Source: Eledone cirrhosa (lineage: Eukaryota). From it: a stretch of DNA of 64,000 nt. The notes under the pieces were generated by a model. The model saw only the letters and a list, made by a program, of their open reading frames with translations. It made no database searches and was not told where the DNA came from. The stretch spans positions 218,984,001 through 219,048,000 of the forward strand of contig OZ024743.1 in the NCBI GenBank assembly GCA_964016885.1, in the 5' to 3' direction. Below are positions 36,688-48,880 of this stretch, in pieces; position 1 is the stretch's first letter; the number at the start of each line of letters is the position of its first letter. Made by a program: the position numbers and the translations under genes.

Positions 36688-39600
36688 ATGGCAAAAAGTA
36701 CAAGTCTCCTTCGACCAAATCGCAATTACAACCGTTGTACACAGTGGACCTACGAGCTTAACAAAGTATTATATGAAGCATACAAACAATCTGAACCCCA
36801 AAAGTTCGGTTTTATGCAAAGGCTAAAAACTTTATGGAACTCCAAACACCCAGAATTAGACTTTTCTCCAAAGCATTTAAATGAACAGGCAAAACGTATC
36901 ATTAGATGTAAATTGATACATCTAACGGAATCGAGTGATACTACAAATACAGCCCTTGTAGACAACCACCCCACCTCCACTGACAGACAAAGAGAATGGC
37001 CGGCTAAATCTAACAGTGAACAGCTCACCAACAATTTTGCTGAAATTCATCCCACTTCCACTGAAGAACAGCGAGAAAGGTCAGCTGACTCTAGTAGTAA
37101 TTGTCACCACATCAACAACGAGGCTGAAATTCATGACTCTACTGAACAAACAGAGCACCAAAAACTTGTGGGCTCCCTACAAGTGATATGGAATGATATG
37201 TTTCAAGAGATACACAGCCTTAATGTGAGTGATAGACCATACAACACTAGAGTCAGTAAAGAACCCACTAAATTGGAATTGGAAGCGGTGAACGAAATAG
37301 CTGGCAATTATCTGAAGGCTATACGATCTAAAGGTGTAGAAACGACATTTGAAACGCTTAATGTTTTGTTATATGTTTCAGCTGTCACATTGCTAGCATA
37401 TAACACACATCTAAAACCACGCAATCAAGATACAAACAGAAAGCCTGAACCAGCGTGGATGCAAAATTTAAAAACCAAAATTTTGTCCCTGAGACGAAGT
37501 ATCTCACACATCGCAGTCGTTATGAAATGCAACATAGAGAGCAACTTCACACAACACCAGGAAGACCTAAAGAAAAAGTTAGAGAGAAGATTTGGAGATA
37601 CAAAATTTAAAACTTTGAACTCCAAATTACACCAGTTGAAACAACAACTCACAGCTACAACAGAAAGACTAAAATATAAGTCAACAGCACATAAACGACA
37701 AGTGCTAAATAGATTGTTTGCCAGAGATCCTAAATCAGTTTATCGCAGCTTCGGTGGCAAAAGCTCAATCTCTGTAAATGACACCCCTTCAAAAGAACAG
37801 GTTGAGAGCTACTGGAGATCTGTATGGGAAACGGATGACGGATTCAACAGACAAGCTAATTGGCTAAAAGAACTGGAACAGGATTACTGCCAACATGTCC
37901 AGACAAAACAATATGACATAGATGGGTCAATACTGGAAACAGCTCTACAGAAAATGTCGAATAGGAAATCGCCAGGCCCAGACCTCATTACAGGATACTG
38001 GTTGAAGAATTTCACTTTCTATCGGCAAGATCTCATACGGCTGTTTACAGAAACCATTAAGGGCACACAAGAACTGCCCAGATGGTTATCAACTGCCTCT
38101 ACTCTCCTCATTCCCAAAAATAGCCAAACCACCCTTGCTAAAAATTACCGCCCAATTGCCTGCCAAAACATCATGTATAAATTATATACTGGGTGCCTTA
38201 ACCTGTTCTTACAGGATCACTGTGCTACCAACAACATCATAACACCTGAGCAAGCTGGTGGAAAGAGGGAGGTGTGGGGTTGCATAGATCACCTACTAAC
38301 TAACAAAATGATTCAGGAAAAAACAACAAAGAATCGCAGAAACATGACTGTCGTGTGGCTGGACTATCAAAAAGCATTTGATAGTGTACCTCATGGGTGG
38401 ATTGTTAAGGCTTTACAGTTAGCTAAAGTCCCACAACCATTGGTAGCTGCTGTTGAACGCCTGACCAAGAACTGGTACACCAGTTTGATCCTTAGAGGTG
38501 AGAAGGAGCAGGTTAGGACTGATAAGATACATTACCAGAAGGGCATCTTTCAGGGTGATAGCTTGTCGGTGCTACTCTTCGTTCTCTCACTGAATCCACT
38601 ATCTTACCTACTCAGGAAACAAGGTCGACAAAGAAGTGGGACCAGAAGTATCTCCCATCTTTTCTTTGTTGATGACCTGAAGTTGTATGGGCCAAATATC
38701 AATGACATCAAGAAACAATTGGACCTCATTACACAATTTTCAACCGACATCAAAATGAAATTTGGTGAGTCCAAGTGTGCATATTTGGCAGTAAAACGTG
38801 GAAGAGCTGTGCCCTCCTCTAGAAATCTAGAGATGAACGGCCTGACAATACAACCTCTGCAGTCAGGTGACAACTACAGATATCTTGGACAGGATGAGAA
38901 TGTCAGATATGATGGACCCATAAATAAGGAGAAAACCAGAACTGAATACCTCAGAAGAGTAAAGAAAATATGGTCATCAGAACTGTCAGCATACAACAAA
39001 TACATTGCCCACAATACTTATGCTGTGCCAATTCTAACGCCAACATTTGGCCTACTGAACTGGTCATTGCAAGAACTAAGTGAGATGGATGTTAGAACTC
39101 GAAAACTTCTCAGTGTTACTGGGAACTTTAACATCAATGGTGATGTGGATAGGCTATACTTCTCACGCAAGGAAGGTGGCCGGGGTCTAAAATCAATATT
39201 AACAACATATGAGACCCGGATAGTGACACTGAAGCAACACCTTCAACAGAGGAAAAAGGTTGGCAACCATCTTGCCCAGGTTTATGACCATGAAAAACGT
39301 AATATCATTAGAATAGCGACTGATCTGGAGGAGAGATATGGAATAAAGCCCGATATAAATCTCTCACCCAGAGAAATCGGAAGATCCTATTCAATGTTCA
39401 AACAAGAAAAAAAAATTGACCAATTTACAGAAAAAGTTGTGCATGGATACTTGAGGCGTAAAACACAGACCATAGAGGGGATAAACCACTCAAAAAGCCT
39501 GGCATGGAGTTCCGACAAGTTTATGACATCACACCTTGAGGGATATCTCTATGCAATACAGGAACAAGAACTCCCTACCAAATATCTGCTGCACAAAAGA

Positions 39601-40197
39601 GGAGGGCCAGCAGCTGACAATAAATGTAGGCTATGTAAAACAAAGATCGAGGATGTAAGCCACATTGTTGCCAGCTGCGAAAGAATGTCATCTCGCTACT
39701 ACCTCCCCATGAGACACGATGGGATAGCTAGAACCATCTGGAACGCACTTCGGAAAACAAAATTAACAACAAACGAGGAAGAATATATTGAGACAGATGG
39801 CACTAATGAATACTGGTGGAACCTGAAAATAAAAACTGCCACCAGATTAAAGCACAACCGGCCTGATATTGTAGTTTGGGACCACACATTGAAAACGTGT
39901 TCTGTTGTGGAGATCAGCTGCCCACTTGATGTAAACGTTGTCAGAAAAATACAGGAGAAGGAGGACATCTACGGACCATTGATGAGGAGTTTACAAATCC
40001 AGTATCCAAGATACACCTTTAGCTTCATACCCATCATTATTGGTGCTAAGGGTTATATACCAACCCGCTTGGACCAAAGTATGACTGAACTTGGATTTGC
40101 GGACAAAAAGCGCAGCTCCCTAATTCATAGTCTACAAATGGCTGCGATAGCTGGCACCTTCAAAATTTGCAAAACATTCTTGCGATTCAAGGGATGA
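36688..40197 (+). CDS. Retrotransposon protein: Myb-like N-terminus, reverse transcriptase, CCHC finger and restriction-like endonuclease (1169 aa)
   Basis: WTYELNKVLYEAY..GFMQRLKTLW (Myb-like); KSPGPD, NYRPIAC, WLDYQKAFDSV, GIFQGDSLS, FVDD, YRYLG; REGGRGL-like RKEGGRGL; CRLC..EDVSHIVASC; RHD; RPDIVV..VVEISCP. No stops or frameshifts. Confidence 0.95.
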   Translation: MAKSTSLLRPNRNYNRCTQWTYELNKVLYEAYKQSEPQKFGFMQRLKTLWNSKHPELDFSPKHLNEQAKRIIRCKLIHLTESSDTTNTALVDNHPTSTDRQREWPAKSNSEQLTNNFAEIHPTSTEEQRERSADSSSNCHHINNEAEIHDSTEQTEHQKLVGSLQVIWNDMFQEIHSLNVSDRPYNTRVSKEPTKLELEAVNEIAGNYLKAIRSKGVETTFETLNVLLYVSAVTLLAYNTHLKPRNQDTNRKPEPAWMQNLKTKILSLRRSISHIAVVMKCNIESNFTQHQEDLKKKLERRFGDTKFKTLNSKLHQLKQQLTATTERLKYKSTAHKRQVLNRLFARDPKSVYRSFGGKSSISVNDTPSKEQVESYWRSVWETDDGFNRQANWLKELEQDYCQHVQTKQYDIDGSILETALQKMSNRKSPGPDLITGYWLKNFTFYRQDLIRLFTETIKGTQELPRWLSTASTLLIPKNSQTTLAKNYRPIACQNIMYKLYTGCLNLFLQDHCATNNIITPEQAGGKREVWGCIDHLLTNKMIQEKTTKNRRNMTVVWLDYQKAFDSVPHGWIVKALQLAKVPQPLVAAVERLTKNWYTSLILRGEKEQVRTDKIHYQKGIFQGDSLSVLLFVLSLNPLSYLLRKQGRQRSGTRSISHLFFVDDLKLYGPNINDIKKQLDLITQFSTDIKMKFGESKCAYLAVKRGRAVPSSRNLEMNGLTIQPLQSGDNYRYLGQDENVRYDGPINKEKTRTEYLRRVKKIWSSELSAYNKYIAHNTYAVPILTPTFGLLNWSLQELSEMDVRTRKLLSVTGNFNINGDVDRLYFSRKEGGRGLKSILTTYETRIVTLKQHLQQRKKVGNHLAQVYDHEKRNIIRIATDLEERYGIKPDINLSPREIGRSYSMFKQEKKIDQFTEKVVHGYLRRKTQTIEGINHSKSLAWSSDKFMTSHLEGYLYAIQEQELPTKYLLHKRGGPAADNKCRLCKTKIEDVSHIVASCERMSSRYYLPMRHDGIARTIWNALRKTKLTTNEEEYIETDGTNEYWWNLKIKTATRLKHNRPDIVVWDHTLKTCSVVEISCPLDVNVVRKIQEKEDIYGPLMRSLQIQYPRYTFSFIPIIIGAKGYIPTRLDQSMTELGFADKKRSSLIHSLQMAAIAGTFKICKTFLRFKG

Positions 40198-40278
40198 CAA
40201 TTTCTTTTCTTTTACAACCTTGCCACCAGGAAGGTGGCCGGTCAAAAAAATATACTCAAAATTAAGAGAAAGAGAAAA

Positions 40279-41240
40279 CATACACACACATACATACATA
40301 AATACATACATACATACATACACACATACATACATACACACACCTACATACATACATACATACATACATACATACATACATACATACATGCATACACACA
40401 CATACATACATACATACATACATACATACATACATACATAATTACATACATAAATACATACATACACACATACATACATACACACACATACATGCATACA
40501 TACATACATACATACATACATACATACATACATACATAATTACATACATAAATACATACATACAGGCATACACACACATACATACATACATACATACATA
40601 CATACATACATACATACATACATACATAAATACATACATACATACATACACACATACATACATACACATACATGCATACATACATACATACATACATACA
40701 TACATACATAAATACATACATACATACATACATACATACACACACATACATACATACACACATACATACATACATACATACATACATACGCACACATATA
40801 TACACATACATACACACACACATACATGCATACACATACATACATACATACATACATACATACATACATACATACATACATACGCACACATATATACACA
40901 TACACACACACACATACATACATACACACACATACATACATACATACATACACACACACATACATACATAAATACATACATACTTACATACACACATACA
41001 TACATACACACACATACATACATACATACATACATACATACATACATACACACATACATACATACGCACACATACATACACATACATACACACACATACA
41101 TACATACATACACACACATACATGCATACACACACATACATACATACATACATACACACACATACATGCATACATACATACATACATACATACATACATA
41201 CATACATACATACATACATACATACATACATACATACATA
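40279..41240. repeat. ~960-bp degenerate (TACA)n/(CA)n array
   Basis: Direct reading; lies between two R4-A copies. Confidence 0.95.
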
Positions 41241-42646
41241 CAACTACAGATATCTTGGACAGGATGAGAATGTCAGATATGATGGACCCATAAATAAGGA
41301 GAGAACCAGAACTGAATACCTCAGAAGAGTAAAAAAAATATGGTCATCAGAACTGTCAGCATACAACAAATACATTGCCCACAATACTTATGCTGTGCCA
41401 ATTCTAACGCCAACATTTGGCCTACTGAACTGGTCATTGCAAGAACTAAGTGAGATGGATGTTAGAACTCGAAAACTTCTGTGTTACTGGGAACTTTAAC
41501 ATCAATGGTGATGTGGATAGGCTATACTTCTCACGCAAGGAAGGTGGCCGGGGTCTAAAATCAATATTAACAACATATGAGACCCGGATAGTAACACTGA
41601 AGCAACACCTTCAACAGAGGAAAAAGGTTGGCGACCATCTTGCTCAGGTTTATGAGCATGAAAAAAGAAATATCATTAGAATAGCGACTGATCTGGAGGA
41701 GAGATATGGAATAAAGCCTGATATCAATCTCTCACCCAGAGAAATCGGAAGATCCTATTCAATGTTCAAACAAGAAAAAAAAATTGACCAATTTACAGAG
41801 AAAGTTGTGCATGGATACTTGAGGCGTAAAACACAGACCATAGAGGGGATAAACCACTCAAAAAGCCTGGCATGGAGTTCCGACAAGTTTATGACATCAC
41901 ACCTTGAGGGATATCTCTATGCAATACAGGAACAAGAACTCCCTACCAAATATCTGCTGCACAAAAGAGGAGGGCCAGCAGCTGACAATAAATGTAGGCT
42001 ATGTAAAACAAAGATCGAGGATGTAAGCCACATTGTTGCCAGCTGCGAAAGAATGTCATCTCGCTACTACCTCCCCATGAGACACGATGGGATAGCTAGA
42101 ACTATCTGGAACGCACTTCGGAAAACAAAATTAACAACAAACGAGGAAGAATATATTGAGACAGATGGCACTAAGGAATACTGGTGGAACCTGAAAATAA
42201 AAACTGCCACCAAATTAAAGCACAACCGGCCTGATATTGTAGTTTGGGACCACACATTGAAAACGTGTTCTGTTGTGGAGATCAGCTGCCCACTTGATGT
42301 AAACGTTGTCAGAAAAATACAGGAGAAGGAGGACATCTACGGACCATTGATGAGGAGCTTACAAATCCAGTATCCAAGATACACCTTTAGCTTCATACCC
42401 ATCATTATTGGTGCTACGGGTTATATACCAACCCGCTTGGACCAAAGTATGACCGAACTTGGATTTGCGGACAAAAAGCGCAGCTCCCTAATTCATAGTC
42501 TACAAATGGCTGCGATAGCTGGCACCTTCAAAATATGCAAAACATTCTTGCGATTCAAGGGATGACAATTTCTTTTCTTTTACAACCTTGCCACCAGGAA
42601 GGTGGCCGGTCAAAAAAATATACTCGAAATTAAGAGAAAGAGAAAA
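41240..42646 (+). mobile_element. R4/Dong family A, 5'-truncated copy
   Basis: Near-identical to 38870-40278; 2-bp deletion frameshift near 41480; (TACA)n both sides. Confidence 0.93.
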
Positions 42647-42736
42647 CATACACCCATACATACACACACACACATACATACATACATACATACATACATA
42701 CATACATACATACATACATACATACATACATACATA

Positions 42737-43310
42737 CATGGTGGCTGCCAACTCGTTTTCGAGTACGGCCACTACTTTATATCCATGTAGGAGAACCCCT
42801 ACCGATGCGCTGAACGAGTGTGACTTTTTAGTCCAGCCAGCGACTTGAAAACTCTGGTACAAACACTAGTGCTGGGCCCATGGTACCATGTGACGACAAG
42901 TGCAGAGAGATCTCCAGATATAAAGCAATGCCTGTGCCGTCAAGCTTTTATAGTGAGCAAAGGCACTACACAAAGCCAGTCCCACTCTCTTAACCAAGAT
43001 GATATTTACCAAAAAGAAGAACAAGTCAACATCATTGGATACCATCAGGGTTGCAGGTGTTATATCAGAGTTTTCCTTCTCCTAGAATTCTGCCTTGACA
43101 AAGGCTAAGGGGTCATCTCTCCCGGTGATTTTGGATGGCTATTGACTCTTAAGAGCTCCCTTGCCCTTTGACAGGTTTTGTTTTTAGTCCTGCAGGATGT
43201 CCAAAGTCACCCTCCTCACCAAGAAACCTTGGTGGGGTTGCCAGTTTAGTCGCCAACGACCCGACCATGAAACAGGTTGTACTGGGATACATGTTACCAG
43301 TAGCACCAAC
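42737..43310 (-). mobile_element. Non-autonomous RTE-derived element family 1 (small internal deletion)
   Basis: Same family as 4814-5422; (TACA)n both sides. Confidence 0.9.
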
Positions 43311-43316
43311 ATACAT

Positions 43317-43348
<32 letters not shown>

Positions 43349-43439
43349 TTCGTGTTTGTTTTGCAAGGTTCTTTATGCATAAACATGTGTTGAAACATTT
43401 CGATTTCCAACGTCGCACCGTGTCCTGTATGTATATATA

Positions 43440-43622
43440 GGAAAATAAGATCTTTATTGCACCAATCAGCCCATACTGAACCCCAACCTGCACTCATAAC
43501 CCCCTCCCAAAGCAAATCTCACTCACCCTCCAAATTCGGCAAACCAAACGCGGACCACCCACCATCCTAAACTCGGCATACGTAACCCGACCGCAACAGC
43601 CACCAAATGGAGAAGACAGAGG
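43440..43622 (-). mobile_element. Possible old Tx1-like 3' end
   Basis: Minus strand ends GGTGCAATAAAGATC.. into TA/TACA repeats; peptide AEFRMVGGPRLV resembles the Tx1 end KMARVIGPSLF. Weak. Confidence 0.3.
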
Positions 43623-44030
43623 TATGTATGTATGTGTATGTATGTACGTACCAATGTACATATGTATGTATCTACGTGTGTTCGTATGTATGCGGCGTGT
43701 GTATGTATGTGTATAAGTGTGTGTGTATGTATGCGTGTGTGTTTGTACGCACGTATGTATGAACATATGTATGTGTGTGTATGTATATAAGTATTATATA
43801 TGTATGTGTATATGTATCTACGTATGTATGTACATATGTATGTAAGTATGTACAAATCTATATATGTATGTATGTACATATGTATGTATGTACATATGTG
43901 TGTATATATGTATGTATATATGTACATATGTATGTATATATGTATGTATATATGTACATATGCATGTATATATGTATTTATGTATGTATATATATATGTA
44001 CATATGTATGTATATATGAATGTATGTAAG
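43623..44030. repeat. Degenerate (ATGT)n/(TA)n array
   Basis: Direct reading. Confidence 0.9.
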
Positions 44031-44608
44031 CATGTATCCCAGTACAACCTGTCTCATGGTCGGGTCGTTGGCGACTAAACTGGCATCCCCACCAAGGTTT
44101 CTTGGTGAGGAGGGTGACTTTGGACATCCTGCAGGACTAAAAACAGAACCTGTCAAAGGGCAAAGGAGCTCTTAAGAGTCAATGGCCATCCAAAATCACT
44201 GGGAGAGATGACCCCTTAACCTTTGTCAAGGCAGAATTCTAGGAAAAGGAAAACTCTGATATAACACCTGCAACCCTGATAATATCCAATGATGTTGACT
44301 TGTTCTTCTTTTTGGTAAATATCATCTTAAGAGAGTGGGACTGGCTTTGTGCAGTGCCTTTGATCACTATAAAAGCTTCACAGCACAGGCATTGCTTTAT
44401 ATCTGGAGATCTCTCTGCACTTGTCGTCACATGGTACCATGGGCCCAGCACTATGTGTCAATAATTGTCACAAGTGTAGTGTTTGTACCAGAGTTTTCAA
44501 GTCGCTGGCTGGACTAAAAAGTCACACTCGTTCAGCGCATTGGTAGGGGTTCTCCTACATGGATATAAAGTAGTGGCCGTACTCGAAAACGAGTTGGCAG
44601 CCACCATG
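44031..44608 (+). mobile_element. Non-autonomous RTE-derived element family 1, slightly 5'-truncated
   Basis: Same family; flanked by the apparent TSD ATGTAAGCATGT. Confidence 0.9.
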
Positions 44609-44999
44609 TAAGCATGTGTTGATGTACGCGTGCTTTTGAGTAAGTTTATCTGAACAATTTTATCTTTACGAAAATAGTAAAGAAAATATTGTTTTTCGTT
44701 CCGTTAAATTGAACCACAAAGTTATTAAGATATGTGAGTATTACACAATAGGTTACTATAACTATACACAGTGGCATCACTTGGAGGTGTTGGGGAGTGG
44801 ACTGCACCGGATGGCACTTTCTAAAATGGTGCTACAAAAGAGACAATCTACCTATAAAGTGATTGTGCAGTGATTTAGCAGATATTTATTATTTTTTTAG
44901 CAGTTTACTCGCAAATGGGCAGTTGTCATTGTTGACTGATGATTAAAAAGAATAAAACTAAACCAAATAAGTATCAAATTATATGTATGTAATGTCAGT

Positions 45000-45410
45000 A
45001 TTTCAGGTAACATGTAACCTAGTATAACCTGTCTGTGCATTGTCAGGTCGTCGGCGACTAAACTGACAACCCCACCAAGCTTGCTTAGTAAGAAGGGTGA
45101 TTTTGCACACCCTGCGGGATGAATTTTTTGCGATGCTAGCCATAGTCAAGTCCCTAGCAGGACTAAAAAGCCACGTCCGGAATGCTCATGCTTAAGTATC
45201 AAGCATTGCCATTACTCGAAATCGAGTTGCAGCCATCATATACGTATGTATGCATGTACTTGTTGCATGGTCGGGTCGTCGGCGACTAAACTGGCAACCC
45301 CACCAAGTTTACTTGGTGAGGAAGGTGATTTTGGATACCCTGCAGGACAAAAAACAAGACCTGAAAAAGGGCGGGAGAACTCATAAGAGTCAACGGCCAT
45401 CCAAAAATGT
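45000..45410 (+). mobile_element. Decayed fragments of RTE-derived element family 1
   Basis: GGTCGTCGGCGACTAAACTGGCAACCCCACCAAG occurs twice; ACTCGAAATCGAGTTGCAGCCATCAT 3' end. Confidence 0.7.
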
Positions 45411-45487
45411 GTAAATATGTATCTACAAGTATGCATGTATATATATATATATATGTGTGTGTGTGTAAGTGTGTGTGTGTGTACATG

Positions 45488-46031
45488 TATCATAATTAAA
45501 TATAAAAGAGAGATAAACACAGACATATATGTGTTCAAATCGTAAGGGACCAGGTTCGCTAAGGTGAAAAGAATACTAACTATGGACAATAAGGTTTGCC
45601 AAACTCAATTCAAGAATAAATCAAGAAAATAAATACAAACCGGAATTGTGGTAACTACTGATCACCCATGCAGCATTTGGCTATGCTGTTTCGCAAATTA
45701 ATTGTGAAGAGAATTACCAATTCTTGCTCGTCAGTGGGCGAAAATTAGTAAACTCCTCACTTCTAAGAATATCAGGCAACTGAATAGTGTACGTATATAT
45801 AATAACGCACATGGTATTAGAACTTAGCGTGTCTCACAAACTCACACCACTAAAAATAGCTCGACAAATTAACGGAGTATTTATTTTCTTGATTTATTCT
45901 TAAATTGAGTCTGGGAAACCTTATTGTCCATAGTTAGTATTTTTTTCACCTTAGCGAACTTGGTCCCTTACGATTTGAACACATATATGTATATGTCTGT
46001 GTTTATCTCTCTTTTATATTCAATTATGATA
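45488..46031 (-). mobile_element. Penelope-like element remnant with ~150-bp inverted ends and an internal hammerhead
   Basis: Arms at 45488-45636 and 45877-46031 are reverse complements; hammerhead at 45662-45741. Confidence 0.75.
45662..45741 (-). ncRNA. Type I hammerhead ribozyme with extended stems and a GCA cleavage triplet
   Basis: TCGCCCA-CTGACGA-GCAA..TTGC-GAAA-CAGCAT-agccaa-ATGCTG-CA-TGGGTGA. Confidence 0.75.
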
Positions 46032-46184
46032 TACGGCTCGGAAAAATCTCTTTACGGCTCGGAAAAATTTATTTCCTAGAGCTATTTTATTGTAAAAGAC
46101 TATTTTGAGTTTCTAACTCAATATATACCTTTGATGTATATACATGTATGCATGTGTGCGTATATGCGCAGAGACATAGAAATA

Positions 46185-46735
46185 ATCGGGCTGGATACCC
46201 GATCGCGAGGTTAAACCACTAGGAGTGACCGCTCCCTAGCCTTTGTCAGGGCATTCTTCTAGGAGAAGACAACTCAAGAAACTGGGATAACTCCGACATA
46301 AAACCTGCGGCACGGGAGTTACTGATGATATTGATCTTTTCTTCTTTTCAGGTTATAGCTACTGTCGCTCAGAGAGTGAGATTGGCTCATTGCACAGTCT
46401 TTCCTCACTTTAAAAAAATCTTCACGCATAGGCATTGCTCGATATCATGAATTGATAATTATTAATAATTGTTTCTACTTTAGGCACAAGGCCAGCAATT
46501 ACCCAGTGCATTACTGGTACTTTATTTTATCGACCCCGTAAGGATGAAAGGCAAAGTCAACCTCAGCGGGATTTGAACTCAGATCGTAAAGGGACGTAAC
46601 TATGCTGGAAAGCATGCGTCCGACCCTCTACCGATACTGCCAATCCACCGCCCTTAATTATTAATTATTAATAATGTTATATCGTGCAATGGCCATACTC
46701 GATAACGAGGGGCAGCTATCATCATGTGTGTACGA
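46185..46735 (+). mobile_element. Non-autonomous RTE-derived element family 2, interrupted by a minus-strand tRNA-SINE (46469-46653)
   Basis: Collinear with 4100-4400 apart from the SINE, which is flanked by duplicated TAATTATTAATAAT. Confidence 0.85.
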
Positions 46736-47074
46736 ATGTATGTACATATGCATGTATATATATGTACGTACGTATGTATGTACATATGCATGTATGTATA
46801 TGCGCGCGCGTGTGTGTGTGTGTGTGTGTGTGTGTAAAACTAAACCGTTGACTGCCTTACAAAGTCAACCATGAACCCAAGCAAACATAGACTATACACC
46901 CACAACCGACCCAATCACCAAATCCTGACCAATCAAGGAGGAGCTAAGCCACACACGTCCTTCTAACTCTGTCTCCACCTCACCATAAACCAGCCACCAA
47001 ACCACGCCAATTACAGGTATGGGGTATAACTGGTGTCATCTGACAACATTCGTCCTAATACTTAGCTTCTATAT

Positions 47075-47838
47075 AATAATTGTTTTTACTTTCGGCACAA
47101 GGCCAGCAATAACCCAGTACATTACTGGTACTTTATTTTATCGACCCCGTAAGGATGAAAGGCAACGTTGACCTCGGCGGGATTTGAACTCAGAATGGAA
47201 AGGGCCGTAACTCTATGCTAGAAAGCATGACGTCCGACCCTCTACCGATACTGCCAATCCACCGCCCTGGCTATATAATAATGGTTTCTTATATAAATAA
47301 TTGTTTCTACTTTAGGCACAAGGCCAGCAATCACCCAGTGCATTACTGGTACTTTATTTTATCGACCCCGTAAGGATGAAAGGCAAAGTCAACCTCGGCG
47401 GGATTTGAACTCAGATCATAAAGGGACGTAACTATGCTGGAAAGCATGGCTATATAATTGTTTCTACATTTGGCACAAGGCCAGCAATTATTCCAGTGTA
47501 TTACTGGTACTTTATTTTATCGACCCCGTAAGGATGAAAGGCAAAGTTAACCTCGGCCGGATTTGAACTCAGATCGTAAAGGGACGTAACTATGCTGGAA
47601 ACATGTCCGACCCTCTACCGATACTGCCAATTCACCGCCCTTTAAATAATTGTTTCTACTTTGGGCACAAGGCCAGCAATTACCCAGTACATTACTGGTA
47701 CTTTATTTTATCGACCCCTTAAGGATGAAAGGCAAAGTTAACCTCGGCGGGATTTGAACTCAGTATGGCAAGGGCCGTAACTCTATGCGTCAAAGCATGG
47801 CGTCCGACCCTCTACCGATACTGCCAATCCACCGCCCT
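47075..47838 (-). mobile_element. Head-to-tail cluster of four tRNA-SINEs (family 1)
   Basis: Copies at about 47075-47268, 47295-47448, 47452-47640 and 47645-47838, joined by TAAT-rich spacers. Confidence 0.9.
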
Positions 47839-48419
47839 TTAAATAATGGTTTCTTATAGCATGGCTATATAATAATGACATGTTAGCAACACCACATTAT
47901 TTCACATTTTATTTCACCTTGCTCCAGGCAACTCAGCTGGCAAAAATGAACTGTACCTGTAATTCAAAGGTGCCAGCCTTGTCATATCCTAGGTCGCTAA
48001 GGGTCCACGTGTCTGTAGAATGCTTAGCCAATATAAAATTACATAGAAACTTGGACAATTGTGAGAAAGTTCAGTCTATTCTGAAAAAATTAGCTTTCAT
48101 TAAGTTTCCATAATACCGAACTTTAGTAAATTTGATCTGTATAAAGTTTGATGCTTAGGCAATGTAAAATTACCTGAAAACTTGGACTATTTTGCCCTTT
48201 AAAATTATTTTATCGATATAACGATAATTCTGGAACAGGCACATAATCAGACGTACAATTGGTGGGCAACATATAGCAAATATTCCCAAATGTTCCCAAC
48301 ACATTAAAATGTTGTAAGCTGAGTGTGTCTTGAAGATCCTTTCAGTCACCTTTTGGAGTAAGATTACGCACACCAAAATCTTCAATCAAACTAACACGAT
48401 GGACAAAATTCGAATAAAA

Positions 48420-48477
<58 letters not shown>

Positions 48478-48482
<5 letters not shown>

Positions 48483-48650
48483 GAAGGAGTTGTGGTAGGG
48501 AACCAGATGGACCATAACGCACCAGAGTACTCAATACTTAGGGTAGTAGAGTGGGTAATAGGAAAATGTATGACCCTGACGGCAGAGCTCAAACCGTTTC
48601 GACGGCCATTTTTATTTTATCTGTTTAAACAGATAAAATAAAAATGGCGT
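48478..48650 (-). mobile_element. Penelope-like LTR fragment with a hammerhead 3' half and a perfect 42-bp palindrome
   Basis: Minus strand GAAACGGTTTGAGCTCTGCCGTC; palindrome CCATTTTTATTTTATCTGTTTAAACAGATAAAATAAAAATGG; abuts (TA)n; same family as 49640-49800. Confidence 0.6.
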
Positions 48651-48880
48651 AGAAACACAATACAACAGGAGGAACATAATAGTACCACTGATGATGTTGC
48701 AGATGTGCAACGAAAGAACTTTGTTAGACTATATATATGTGTTTATATCTATATTTTATCTGTATTTTTTACCGTTGGTCAGTCAATGGTAAACATTGAG
48801 GATGAATTAACTGTGGAGATATAAAAGATATAGAAGCGAAAACCAATCAAACAGTGTGTTCTGTTATTATTTCTGGCAAT

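Larger units (their letters stand above)
36250..40278 (+). mobile_element. R4/Dong-type RLE non-LTR retrotransposon family A, apparently full length (~4.0 kb)
   Basis: (TACA)n on both sides; ~440-bp 5'UTR, single intact ORF, ~80-bp 3'UTR shared with the 5560 and 42566 copies. Confidence 0.93.

Noticed and set aside
40132-41293. Long MYVC/HTYI ORFs (also YI, CV, poly-V/M/T ORFs elsewhere, e.g. 61447-61957)
   Set aside because: These are translations of stop-free microsatellites.
45488-46031. DNA-transposon MITE with 150-bp TIRs
   Set aside because: No recognisable transposon end or TSD, and an internal hammerhead adjoins one arm, as in inverted Penelope ends.
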